Assembly: GCA_965649765.1 (NCBI GenBank)
Contig: OZ287758.1
Coordinates: 53,630,001-53,694,000, forward strand
Source: Bispira polyomma
Lineage: Eukaryota
Length of the DNA stretch: 64,000 nt
Reading direction: 5' to 3'
Every line of letters begins with the position of its first letter. Within the stretch, counting starts at the first letter, position 1. Positions 12,328 through 25,359 of the stretch are shown here, one piece after another. Under the pieces are notes generated by a model. It was not told the DNA's origin and did no database searches. It was given only the letters and a program-made list of their open reading frames with translations. The position numbers and the translations under genes are program-made.

Positions 12328-13324
12328 GTACAAATTCCTGGTTGGCAAAGGCAGCTGGCAGAGCAGCTGGAAGGGCTCATACAGCCTTCAGACCCTCCAC
12401 TCAAAAATCTTATAACTTTATGTTCAGAAACTTCCTAGCTTACTGTGTGTTTGCAAATATTGCAATACAACCAATCACGGCTACTATTCTCTTAGCTTTC
12501 CTCGCGGTTTTGGCTGAAAACAACACCTCTCACTCTGGTATAGCAAATTACTTGACTGTAATCAAGGCAAAGTTGGCCCTATATGGCCTTGACACCTCAG
12601 CCTTCATGGATCCTAGAATAAAGTATTTCCAAAAGGCAATTGCATTGCATAAACCCTTTAAAGTACAACTTAAATCCATCATTGACATTCCTCTGCTGAT
12701 CCAAATCATCAAAAAATGTGACTTTATGTACATGGGTCAGGTCTACAAGGCCATCTACCTCTTTGCATTTTTCTCATTCTTGAGAATATCAAATTTGGTT
12801 CCCCACTCTAACTCTACTTACTCACCCCTACAACACCTAGCCAGAGGTGACATCATATTTGCACCTCCTGGTCTTCAAGTACTGATTAAATGGAGTAAGA
12901 CATTACAGAGCAGGGATACAGTTAGACTTTTAAAAATACCCTCACTTGGGGGTTCCCCAATGTGTCCAGTGGCTGTCATTTCCAATATGCTTGCCATCAC
13001 TCCTGGTAAAAAAACTCGCCTCTGTTTCAATGTAAAAGCTTGGCCACGTGGCTCCCTATGACTGACACTAAAGTCAGGCGTAACTTCGCTATCATTCTTA
13101 AAGATCTTGGTTTGCAAAATTCTAACATCACTTTTCATTCTTTTAGACGTTCTGGAGCCACGTCGGCCTTTAACAAGAATGTTTCCATTCAAAATATTCA
13201 AAGTCATGGCACTTGGACCTCAGAATGCATCTGGCGCTACATTACACAAGACCATGACTCCTCTGACCAGGTGGCGTTGGCCTTTCAAAATTCAGTACAT
13301 CAACCTTCCTCTTCTACCTACTGG
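12328..13324 (+). pseudogene. Tyrosine recombinase of element 1; 1-nt deletion in the A-run near 13010; ancestral stop probably at 13322-13324
   Basis: FFSFLRISNL, HSFRRSGAT and HGTWTSECIWRY give the R-H-R-W-Y set. One extra A restores KKNSPLFQCKSLATWLP, homologous to GKDLPLFQFKQNAIWLP. ACC TAC TGG aligns with ACC TAC TAA of element 2. Confidence 0.9.
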
Positions 13325-13395
13325 TTGGGGTTTGGTGTTTTTAGTTCAGACAATAAACTTAAATGGCATTTATTACACTATATATTAGTCAATAC

Positions 13396-13658
13396 TTAAG
13401 GCCACCTTAACTTTACGTAACTTAAACTGTAATGTAATCTTAAATGAAGTAGTAAGATTCTTAACTATACTAACTTAAAGGATAATGTAATCTTAAATGA
13501 AGTTACTGTAATGTAATCTTAAATGAAGTAATAAGATTAGTAACTATACGTAACTTAAATTTAATGTAATCTTTAATGAAGTTAAGTCAACATCTTAAAC
13601 TCAGGCATGGACTTAAACTCATGCTCTTAACTTCAACATTAATTTAAGGTGGTCTTAA
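13396..13658 (+). other. Stem-enclosed CTTAA-rich repeat/hairpin domain in the element-1 3' UTR
   Basis: Arms ttaaggccaccttaa (13396-13410) and ttaaggtggtcttaa (13644-13658). The interior has ~4 copies of taatgtaatcttaaatgaagt. Confidence 0.8.
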
Positions 13659-15844
13659 TCTTTTAGTTAATGATATTACAATTTGTACATAATCTGTAGA
13701 TCTAACGTTAGTGAATTAAACTAATATGCCCAAAGAATGGTGTTTTATTTATATATTAATTCATAAATCCACACTTTGGGGAGGCACTGATAGTGGCTAT
13801 ATAAGATATAAGCAAAATATTCCATTTTCATGACCTATATTTTAGTAAACTTTGTTTTCTATTATTTTTAATATCATTCTGAAGCTGATGCCATGGGAAT
13901 CATTTATGTTGCATTTTGTTCTTTACCCGTCACCAAAAAAAATGGCTTACCAACAATGACAACAGTAAACTAAACAATAAAACCAGAATAAAAATAGTTG
14001 CCTTGCTGTATTTTGATTGAGAAACCTTTTTTTAGGTGTAATGAAGTTTGGGTTTAATGTTGCTGTCTTTTTTTATAGCACAATGGGTCGTTTTTGGTGG
14101 AAAATCCGAGCAGGGTTGTTGGTTAAGGGTTTTTGAAGCATTTGCTTTTCATTACCTTAGCTGTAATATATTTCCCTTAGTTTCATGTCCAAAACAGAAA
14201 ATAGATGTATGCCCTGATCTATATGTTGTAAGTTTGCTGAATAGATAAGGCTATGTGCTGCTTTTAGAGTCATTGGAGGAAGACTCCAGGGATGTGTTTG
14301 GCCTGGTTCTTAGACATAAACACCCCTGGGAAGATGTGATCAGTCACATTATACCAGTAAGTAATAAGGTCAATTCAGGAGTCTGTTTCACAGAAATAAA
14401 ATATGACATATAAAAAGTTTATGCATTTTAATTCTTCTTCTGGAAATAAACTTTTAGCATGATTTTAAACAGTTTTATTTCTCATTAATGCATACAGTTA
14501 CAAACATCACAATAAACAATACACACCACACTAATAATACAATTATAATTTATAGAAGAATAATTTGATTAGTTGTAACTTTTTATTCCATTTCTATATC
14601 ATCAGTCACTATATGCAACAAAATAGCAATAAAAGTAATGTGACGTCAGGCAAAATTACACATTACAATATACACTAAAAATACTATAATCTGTACTATT
14701 ACTGTTACAGGAATGCCAACTACACTTGAATGAATAAATTTGGCATATTTAAAAAAAAATAAATTTTGTCTTACACTTGAAAACGGTTTCCCAGTTGATC
14801 CAAGTTTTAAACATATTTTTTTCCAAACTGTTCATTTTGTTAGAAGTAACTAATCTCTATAGACCTGATTTAACCTAACTTTTAGAGCAATGTAATTCAA
14901 TATCCCACAAGACAAATCAAATCTATATACTTTTTGGTGACAATAATAAGAGTATTATTGGGGATCCTGTGGATATATGCTAAATGATGTATACCCTCAT
15001 GATGTATGCTATTTAAATCAATTGCTAAACGACTATTATTTAAGTTACAAATGTGGATACACATTCCTTAAATTTTTAGATTGTGATAGACTGGGTGCAA
15101 CAAACCAATTATAATGCCATCTAATCATGTAATTACATTACTATGTGCTAAGTGTGAGCACACACTTTCATTTTTAAAGTGTGATTAACTGCTTGCAATA
15201 AAACAAATAAGCATTCCATTTGTTATGTTATAACATGATTGAGTGAGACATGTGAGCAGGTACCCTCCCCCAGTATTTCAACTTGATTGTATTGAACTTG
15301 TTGCAATAAAACAAATCAGCATGCCATTTATCATTTATTCACATTAACATCACTGAGTACTGGGAATCATACATATTCAATACATATTCAAGAATATTCT
15401 CATTTGCTACCACATTCTTCAAAAGCTGCACACAAAATCAAAAGATACTATTTATGATTTAAGCAAAAAATACAGTTATTCAATGCAACTGCGTAGGGAT
15501 TAAATGTTGAAAAACAATTAATATTTATGACAAGTCAAATCAGTTAAGGTTTGCAAAGCTGAATCCAAATATGGATTTAGTTTTTCTGTCCACTTTTCAA
15601 TCGATACAAGGAGACCACAGATTTAAGCTTGGTATTAGTTTGAGCGAAGGTATACTTTACGAATATGGTAAACAAACATGTTTTTACCAGTAGTGTGTTC
15701 AGAATTGTGTATATTTTTGGCAATTTGCTATATTTAGCAGCTGAAGACCTATCGGAAAGTTTTGACACCACACGTTAGCAACAGCAACAGTACACATCTG
15801 ATAGAATTACAAGTCAAATGCACATAACCATTTTTAAAGCTGTT

Positions 15845-16225
15845 GTCTTTTAACAGCCTCACTACCTCGCTACTAAGCTCTCCTTCAGCAGCCTTAAAAG
15901 GGGAAAAATACTCTCTGTTTCCTCTAAAAACCCAACAAGTTGGATTTAGAGCTTTATCCGTTGCCGCCCCTATGTTATGAAACAGTCTTCCAGTTGAACT
16001 CAGACCACTCGATTCACTTTCTGGTTTTAGGAAAAGGCTTAAGACCTATCTCTTCAGGCTCGCCTATCCGCCGTAGTCCTTCTCCTGGGCGCTGACGCAT
16101 CCATCCTTACAGCCTGGCTATGTTTTTGATTTTTTGGAGGGGCTTATTGATTCTGATGTTGCGCCTCAGAAGAAGCCTAGCATCAATAAGGCGCGTTAAA
16201 AATGTACAGTACAATACAATTCAAT
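15845..16225 (+). mobile_element. L2-clade LINE 3' fragment
   Basis: Translates as ...SVAAPML*NSLPVELR...FRKRLKTYLFRLAYPP*, followed by a gcgcct...aggcgc 3' stem-loop and a short tacaa-type tail. Confidence 0.8.
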
Positions 16226-16669
16226 GTGCAGTTGTATATCTAGTTTTTTATTGTTTTTATGATTTTGTATCTTTGTTAACTACATGTCAGAGGCAATTTC
16301 ATAGTTGATTAGAATTACAACAGCATTAGACTATACAAAATATACCAATATACTAGTAAAACTACATAGTTTTACACTTATGCTGTGTACAAGGTAATCG
16401 AACAAAAAGACCTTATAGTGTTGGAGAAAAACAACTGTTACTGACACACTTTTTGCAAGACGAAACCATTTGTTTGTCCTTCCTATTGGAAACATGAAAA
16501 CAAAAACAACGCAGTCACCTATCACTTCATTTCTGCCACACATAAAAATGTAATAGTAGCAAGCAATGCAATATTAGTTATCACACAAAATAATAAATAA
16601 AACATAATACAGTATACATATTACTACACTTAACTTGTCCACAAAGTTATCTTTTGAAATACCTTACTT

Positions 16670-17782
16670 CTAACAGCAACCATCACTGGCAACCCTCGGT
16701 ATATACTTCTTAAATTGCAAGACATAAATGAATGGATTGATGATGCAATTGAGGTAGGCCATTATTATTGAAAACACATAAAATGGTGACCTGATCAATG
16801 CCTTGAACTGGATGATGCCAACATTTGCCAGAAAGAAGGCCACCTGGTTCCACACCCAGCAAACAAAGAATGCCACACATACCAAAATTAATGTCTTGAT
16901 CAGCTTGGTCTGCAGCTTCCCTTTCTTCTGCACCACCTCTGGTTTCTGCTTCTTCATTTTGATGGACACAGGTTCTTTATTATCTGAACCAAGAGAGTTG
17001 GCAATTGTAGAGTGCTTTTGTGACAAGGTACTGCTCTGTTCTCCTTGAGCATCAATAACAAAAGCTTCATTGATCACTCCATTATTAGCATCTGCTCCCA
17101 TGTTTTCTTTCTTGTTGGAGTCATCCACTTTAGATGAATTTCCATATTTCCGCAGCATTTTCTGCCCTTTCCTTATAGCCATCAATATTCGGATATAGCA
17201 AAACACCATGATCACAATAGGTGTGAAAAACTGCAGCATAAAAGTGGCAATTCCAGCACTTTTTGACATGGCTTTGGAGGCCAGAGTTCCAGCATGACAC
17301 AGGCTGTCCTTTACGTCAGATGCTGTGTAATAAAAGGCAATCTGATAAGCAAAGCCAAGGATCCAAGGCAACACCAAAGCTACAGCCATCTTCCATTTGC
17401 GATAAAAGGTGGAATATGTAAATGGGTGTACAATTTTGAAGTAGCGTTCCGCAGTTAAAATTACCATATTGAAGGTTGAAGATGTGATCAGAGCCCACAT
17501 AAACATATCTGTGTCCCAGAATTTGCAAAAAAATCTATCAGTAATGCTATCATCTTGGTAGGTGTGTGGCGTATACCCAAAGCCAACCACAATGTTACGG
17601 TAGCTAATACCCAAAAAGATAGAAGTCAGGGCATCAATGACACTCTGGTTCAGAATGAAATAACTTGATTTAGATTTCTTCAGATTCGGATGTCCAATCC
17701 AGGTCACAATCACCATAATGTTTAACAGTGCACCTAACACGGCTACTGAAGTGTGCAAAGTGGCTTGCCATATAACAACCAT
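16670..17782 (-). CDS. Class A (rhodopsin-like) orphan GPCR, galanin/allatostatin-receptor-like invertebrate expansion
   Basis: Uninterrupted 370 aa ORF with seven hydrophobic segments, NQSVID (TM2), Cys at the top of TM3, ERY, CW (TM6) and NCIINPFIY (TM7). Confidence 0.93.
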   Translation of the reverse strand: MVVIWQATLHTSVAVLGALLNIMVIVTWIGHPNLKKSKSSYFILNQSVIDALTSIFLGISYRNIVVGFGYTPHTYQDDSITDRFFCKFWDTDMFMWALITSSTFNMVILTAERYFKIVHPFTYSTFYRKWKMAVALVLPWILGFAYQIAFYYTASDVKDSLCHAGTLASKAMSKSAGIATFMLQFFTPIVIMVFCYIRILMAIRKGQKMLRKYGNSSKVDDSNKKENMGADANNGVINEAFVIDAQGEQSSTLSQKHSTIANSLGSDNKEPVSIKMKKQKPEVVQKKGKLQTKLIKTLILVCVAFFVCWVWNQVAFFLANVGIIQFKALIRSPFYVFSIIMAYLNCIINPFIYVLQFKKYIPRVASDGCC

Positions 17783-18877
17783 GGTGGTTTACTAAGATTG
17801 CCAAAAAATAGAAATATGCTGGTGAAAAGACAGTTACCAGCACTTAACTATTCCCAAACATAAAACACATCCAAAAACTGTAAACTACTGAGTTTGCTAT
17901 AGAGTAATGTTCTATCTATATAGTTCTACAGCTGGTTGATACGTGGGTGTCCAAGTTTCTGCTAAAGTCAGAAATGGGGAATAGCCAATTGCAGGAGCCC
18001 TTTTATTGGTTACACCCTGGACACAAATTGCAAGTCCTGGTCAGATCACTACTAATCTACCATTTCTTTGATGGTTAATGGACTGTGTTATTATTTAATG
18101 AAGATGAAACAACATCAACCATTAAATGAGTATACTTTGATCTTAAAAGGGAATTGTGTCAACTCCTAGTACTTTCACTATTTCACTATAGTATTTTGGA
18201 CTTGTTTTTTACATATTTTTGTGGGTAAAATGCAACTGCTACTCAAAAAATACATATGTCCATAATTTTACATTCTTTGGTAGCAGCATCTGCAAGAAAA
18301 AGAAACAGTCAGTGACCGCTGAAAAGGTCACATAGAAAGCATGGCCTCAAACTGGGTCACGCATCTCAGATGCTAGAAACCAACAGACACAAATAAAAAT
18401 AACCTTTCAGGTACTGGTATCCCAAAAACAAAGTAAATGACTACAACATTTGATCAGAGTTTATCTAAAAAAATATTCCACCACCTACAGTGGGTGTAAC
18501 TGTATTGTTATACCTTATATTATCACTTACAAAAATGTGAATACTTCATAAAATATTGATTAGTTTTAATCTTTCTTATTTTGACATTTTTATTAGGATC
18601 CATTTGTAATTGTTTACCTTCTGGCATCTGATTTTCTAGCTTCTGTAGTGTGCCAATCTTTAGTCAGTAATTCGAAAACTAAAGACCTCATCTGTAACGA
18701 GGCTGTCTATATGAAGTTTCAAAGCATCTCAGCTACAACTATTTTCATGAGCAAAAAACATAAAATACTAAAATACAATAATTTAAAAGCAAATAATTGA
18801 ATTGATATCAATGGCCAAGTGTTAGATTGTCATTAGGAAACCAAATTAAAAAGCAAGATGGATTGAAAGACCCTTTA

Positions 18878-19448
18878 TAGCCCAATCACACCTACACATG
18901 CTATCGTCCCACAACGTAGCAAAGCAATATATCTAAAAACGGGGTAGTTTTGTGTCATTTTGACAAAGGTGCAGTCAATTGTGACGTTTTGTGATGTCTT
19001 TGTGATGATGTTAGTACTCATACACATGGAGCGGGAGAAAAAATGAAGACTTTACTGGTAGGATATCACTACCTACTACTACGTAGATGTACTATACTGC
19101 TACCTACTGGTGCTTTCTGTTGGCTTCTGCTTCATAGTGAAATGTTTTTAACTAATGGAGATGAGTGGAGACAATGTCACCACTTACTGGGACTTCCTCG
19201 CTACCTGCTACTATATAGAGCTACTTACTGATACGTCTGTGCTCCTTTCTGGGACAAAAAGAGAAACTTGGATAAATGGGAGCTGTGCCACGATTGTGAC
19301 AAGATTGTTACAGTTTAAAACAATCGTCAGAACAATATCATCCGTTAACCAATGTCACGAAACGAACGCACCTTCTACTAAGTACTTTTTAAATAATTGA
19401 AAACGTCACACACACGTAGCTCCAGCACGTGTAGATGTGACTGGGCTA
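18878..19448. mobile_element. MITE, probably PIF/Harbinger-like (copy 1)
   Basis: TIR tagcccaatcacacctacacatgct / agcacgtgtagatgtgactgggcta. Confidence 0.75.
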
Positions 19449-19451
19449 TAA

Positions 19452-20015
19452 TGGCCTGGTCACACCTACACGTGCTAACGTCCTTTAACGTACCTAAGCA
19501 ATATACACTGAAAACGTGGCAGTTTTGTATCAAAGTGACGTCATTTCCATAAAGGTGCAGTCGATTGTGACGTTTTATGATGTTACGTGACGATGTTGGT
19601 ACTTGTACACAAGGAGTGGGGTCAAAAATTGAACACTTTACTGGTAGGATACCATTACCTACAACCATGTAGAGCTACTGTACTGCTACTTACTGGTGTG
19701 TTATGTTGCCTTTTGCTACTTAGTGAAACGTTTTTAACTGACAGAGACGATTAGAGACGATCTCACCACTTACTGGGACTTCCTCGCTACCTGCTACTAT
19801 GTAAAGCTACTCACTGATACGTCTATGCTATGTTCAGGAATGAACAGTGAAACATGAAGAAATGGGAGCTGTGAGACGATTGTTTCAAACAGTTTGAAAC
19901 AATCGTTGCAGCAGACAAAACGGAGACGTTTCCGGAACAATATCATCCGTTAACCAACGTCACAGAACGAACACACCAGGGATCTTTACTTTTGCATCAC
20001 ATTCTACTACGTTTG
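19452..20015. mobile_element. MITE, same family (tandem copy 2, right end missing)
   Basis: Starts ggcctggtcacacctacacgtgct. Internal blocks (accacttactgggacttcctcgctacctgctactat; aacaatatcatccgttaaccaa) match copy 1. Confidence 0.75.
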
Positions 20016-22529
20016 TACTAGGTTTCAGAACTTATCAAAATGGGACACAAACATAGCCCTAGAACGGAAAAGTGTGACCACGACATAAACGACGGAATAT
20101 ATTGTTTTAATTTGTGGGAAAATAGAATATTATTATCCACTGGGACGTTTTCGTAGCCGACACGGGACGGGTGATACAATGAATCGTATACCCAGGCGCC
20201 CGTGAATGTGTTTATGAAAACTGTCATAGTTACCGAAATTTGCAATGTTTTAGTGTCAATTTTGCCTAATACTTCAGACAGAAAACTGTTCAAAAGTGTA
20301 GTTAACATAAAATATAAACCTTAAACTACATAATAGTATATTAAACTCGATTTTTAGTGCTTTTGTAATACGAGTTTGAAGTTAATGATTTATGTTACCA
20401 ACTCTGTACTTCTTGGCTTTCAGATTTGCATTGTGACGTCATAATAAAAGGGTTTTCAAACGTAAACAAAGTCTAGGTTGTTCTTATATTGTCATAGTAA
20501 ACTAAGTTATTGCTGAACTGTTTAAAACTTTCGATATAAACATTATGGAATGTCATTGCATACAAATCCTGATTTTTAGAGTGGTAGAAGTTTGAACTTA
20601 AAGCTAATTCTTTAAGGTCACAAGTCAGTACTTTTTGGGGATTTTTTGCGGTGAATTTTCAATATTTTAGACCCTTTTCGAACTGTTTTTATTATATATT
20701 GTTTTTGTTATATTATATAAATAAATGTTATGATATTTTATGTGTGGATAATAAAAGAAAAACTTTCCTTTGTGGTGTATATTCAAAAATTATAGGACTT
20801 ATATTTCCCAATTTTTTTTAATATACACCACTCGGGTAGTTTTCCTATTTTATCGCTGATGAAAATGTATTTTGCTTTGACAGAACAAACAGCTGATATT
20901 ATGAGCATGTGCATTGCAATTCTAGCTGAGAGGTCTCACCTTTCAACCCAAAGTAACACAAAAACTGCAGTGACCTGTATATATACATATATTATATATC
21001 TCCCCAAACCCACTGTTTAACATATATATATCTCCCTGATCCCGCATGCACACCACGTAAGAAGAACATCTGAAAAAATGCATTAATTAACAGGTGAAAG
21101 GGTAAATCTTACAGTACAAATAAAATAAGAAATCAAAATATAAAACTGGGGACACATCCTGACTTGAACTGCTGAAATCTATGGTGACAGCAACAAATTG
21201 TATTTTAAGAATTGCTGAAAGTACTTACGAATTTCCAAATACACTTACACCTTTTAGAAATATGAATAAAGGTTAGTCGATAAAATTATATGTTAAAATA
21301 TTGTTGTTCAATGATTTTGATGAATAAGTGAAATATAAATTTCCAAGATTCTAAAAATGATGTACCAATGTAAACTTAATCATGGTAATTTTGTGGACAA
21401 GGTCATTTATTAATTTAATTAAAGCACTAATTTGAAAGCAAATAAATGGAACACTAGAAATGGTTTTAGAAGACCTTCAAAACCTATAAAAGTGTTCAAT
21501 ATTAAAGTATTACAGTTTTGGAAACATGTCAGGGAGAAGTAATTATCCATTAGATTTAAGCTACAATGAAGTTTTTATAACCCAAAATGCATTAGTAATA
21601 ATTTAGAGAGTGACAGTAATAGGGCAAAATGTGTTACTTACATTTGTTACTTAATGCTGGAGACGAAATATTGACTAGTGATTTCTAAATAAAGCAGGTC
21701 CGAACCCTCAATATTTGAATTTGTGGGGTAATATAAGATCATGATTTAGTTGATAGCTTTGTAAGTCGCAGTCACCGTAATAATCACAAATTTTGCAAAT
21801 CAGTTTATTATGATATATTGGGAATCATTTGGTGGATTAATGCACTCATTTACCTTTGACACAATAATTAGCAAACAGTACATTCTTTAAAAAAAATTTA
21901 CGCTTCACAGAAAAGCAGGAGTTTTTTTTTTTAAACAAAGATCTGTTTCAAACAAAAGGTTTCACCCAAACTGCAATTTAATAGCAAAGACCCCACACAG
22001 GCAAAATAAACGGGTGAGATAAAGCAAAATACCCTGAAATTTTAGCATCTTACGTAAAATGAACAGTTTAAAGTTTTAATCCAGAACTTAGTGCTTACTC
22101 AACTTCATCAGAATTTGCACCAATAATCAAATGAAACAGTTTTTGCATAATCCTGGTGACAAACAGACCAACAGCCAGGTGTGTTTTTAGTAGTATCAAG
22201 CTTTGATTCCAAATTGCCTATATCTTCATTTGATGTTGCTGCAAACACATCGATAATATACTTGCATGCAATTTTCTTATTTTGAAGGATTATCTTCAAA
22301 GAAACCTGTATACTTTCTACTTAATTAAACAGCTTCCAGACATATCTATATGAGCTGTTATTATTGTAAATGCACAGTAATAATAGTGATACTAAGCACC
22401 TTTTAGTATGTAATTAGGCATAATAATTTTATGAGGAGTAGTTTTGCAATAAAGAGTTTCATGGGGATTATGGAGTTTATCAAATTCCAATTAGATCACA
22501 GGCTACCACAAAATTGGCTGCAATTACAG

Positions 22530-22930
22530 CAGGCATCATTTACTCTTCGTGAGAACTGGCAAGGAATATTAGAAGTTTAATAATTTGAGTATTCTTACAA
22601 TAGGGGGGAGTCTTTGGTACACTGATACAACAGGGGTCATTTTAAACACTAGAAATGGGACAGGGTCATTTACAAAAGCATCAGATATAAGAATACATCA
22701 TATTCTGTGTGAGAACTGCCCAGGAATATTGGAACTCTAATTATTGGAGTTTTAGTACAATAAGACAGAAACTGTGAGGTCTGATACTTTTGGACACTGA
22801 CAGGTGGAGGCATTAAAATAGCATACATAATTTACTCTGGTTGAGAAATGGCATGGAGTACTGGAGCTTTATTAATTAGTTTAGTATTACAATAAGGTGC
22901 ACTGATAGACAAGGGCCATTTTAAGAACTA
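22530..22930. repeat. Diverged ~130-160 bp tandem repeats within the GPCR duplication unit (paralogs at ~32900-33100 and ~50745-50960)
   Basis: Recurring catNatttactct..gtgagaactg.c.aggaatatt.gaa...taat....ttacaataag at ~22535, ~22697 and ~22825. Confidence 0.7.
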
Positions 22931-25359
22931 GCACTGCTGCTTATTGATATACAGGGGCCATTTTGAATACCTCCTTATTGGGGGCACCGTTATACAATGC
23001 AGACAACAAGCAAATTGAAGATTATCATGTGTCCCTGCCATGAATATGTGAAATAATTAAGATGGCCACCAACTTTGTGGGCATGTTGGATTGTTTTTAA
23101 TCAAATTTTCAAAAATTTAAGCCAATTTTTTTCTACTGTGACAGAAATAGTGTTCAATGTTGAAATTTTCAAAAATATTGGCGGCTGCAAGTTGTCAGTG
23201 TGATTCCCGTGCTAACCTTTGTAGAATGAATTGTGATATATTGTACACATTTTAACATTGAATTAATTAGTGCGCATATGTGTCAATGTTTTGATATACT
23301 ATATGGATTTTGCCAATTCTATTATTTTTGTTAAAGCCATTAGTGCTGAAATTACCAGAGTCCTGTTTTTATAGACTACATAACAAGTAATTCAAAGGAT
23401 CATATTATAAATGAAATCATACAATAAAATCTAGCATAATATTGCCTAAGTGATAACACAGCACATTTTATTTAGTTTGAAAATGTATGACTTTGGTTCA
23501 AATATTCATTGCTTGACTATTGTTAGTTACCAAAATATAATAAATATACAATTTCGAAATTTGTCGAAGTATTGTATTTAAAAATGTTTCATATGTTTCA
23601 ACAGATAAAATTGTTAGATCCGTTTGAATCATGGTAGTTATAGTGGCCATATTAGATTTAATCCAATCATTCCATATTTCACTAGGTATATTTTGGTAAA
23701 CTTTCTTTTCTGTTATTCTAGATGTAATTCTGAAGCCAATACCAATTGGAATCATTTCTGTTGCAATCTGTGGAAACATTAAAACGTTTTTCACCCATCA
23801 ACAAGAAAAACTGTACCAGAACATAAAATTTCAATTGTGGGACATTTGTCTCTGGTGGAAAACAAGTAGTAAGCAGCAAACATCACTGACAAAAATAATA
23901 ATTACATTGCCAACTTTACCAACCATGAAAACTGTAAGTTAATGTAGTATAATTTAAATAATAAGTTGCTTAGCTGTATTATCTATTTTTGTGAATTTAC
24001 AAACCTTTTGGTTGGTTTCATTTAGTTTGGATTAAACATTGCTTTGAGCCTGTTTTGTGTCATATCACGATGGACAGTTATGTCGTGGAAGAAAATCCGA
24101 ACTGGTAGTTCATAAGCTCTACAAATCCACGGCATTCTGCAAGTGTACTGCCAAATTTCCAACATCTCTGTGTGTATGTGTGTGTATGAAATTGTGTGTA
24201 TGTGTTTCCTCTCAAACACTCCATCCTTTGTACGAGTGACAAATTCATTTTACAGAACAGTACTAGTTTTGCACACAACACCTCCAAATTGTGGCATGAC
24301 CTACCTCAGAATATACAAAGGGTTTCCTTACTGTATTCATTCAGAGAGAAACTCGAACACTATTTGATTTAGAGGGCTCTTGTTTTGACAGGTATATATT
24401 GGTTGATATTGGTATATATTAGGCTACAACCGTAGGACCAGATATTATGCCTTTACTTAGCTTGGATTGATGTGATGAATATGTTCTTAGTTACATGTCT
24501 ACAAAAGAAGCATAGAATAGATAGGTATTGCCAATATTTCATATTATGAAGTTGTTATCATCACACCCATCAGAGTCTTCAGAGTGAAAGGCTGTGGATG
24601 TGATCTATATATATACGCAACCAGTAAAATTAAAGCGGCTAAATTCTACCAGCAACTAAAAAATCAATTTTAGAGAATATTTGACAGAATTAGTTTTAAC
24701 ATAAATGAAACATAAAAAAAGTATATGATGCATCTTGTTTCAATGTTGTTTTCGTCACCCTTCCTTGGTGGATGTTTTTTGTGACAACCCATTGCTTGCC
24801 TCTGGACCTTCTTTTTTTTTGAATATCATGACATTCTCACCAATTTGGCTCTCTATATTTGTACAAATATGTAGATTGAAGTAGAAGTAGAAGCAAAATA
24901 ATTTTTTCTTCTCATATCTTTGAAATTTTACAGGAGAAGATCAAATGGATACTTTAATGTGTTAATATCATTAGAATACAATGATAATATAGACTAGCTG
25001 GATATTTTTGTGATCACTTTTGAGGGCTATATGTGTGTGCCCATTTATAGTTTTATATTTCTACCTGGGTGATATTAGCAGAACTTTGTGGTGTATATGT
25101 TTCTCTTACATGTTTTCTGTATGTGTTTGGACAAGACTTAAGCCATGTATGTGCTAAAGGTTAATAATTAAAGGTAATAAGGAGGAACTGATAAATATGC
25201 CAGCCTGTTATGTCAGTTGGGATTTTGTGATTTTCTGTGACAGCTGCATGGTAGCACAGAAGGAATTTTGTTTACAAGAACCAGACTCAAGTGACTAGAT
25301 AAGTCAGTGACAAAAGGTTCAGCTACCTGTAAATGATGCTTTAAACATCACTAGCAATT

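Larger units (their letters stand above)
7873..13800 (+). mobile_element. Ngaro-lineage YR retrotransposon (element 1), near full length, recently inactivated
   Basis: gag, RT-RNaseH and YR in order and homologous to element 2. The 5' end is inferred from TAAGTGAAT (element 2 has TAAGCGAAT). The 3' end is uncertain (13777-13800). Confidence 0.9.

Noticed and set aside
13325-13399. C-terminal hydrophobic extension of the element-1 YR
   Set aside because: Aligns with non-coding sequence after the stop in element 2; best explained by stop-codon loss.
13410-13590. CRISPR-like array downstream of an RT
   Set aside because: Inter-repeat segments are themselves repeated and irregular in length; treated as a structured 3' domain instead.
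20018-20930. Possible DNA transposon fragment (CpG-rich start)
   Set aside because: No matching TIR or TSD found by eye.
23498-24367. Short ORFs as a possible gene
   Set aside because: No recognisable domain or splice structure.
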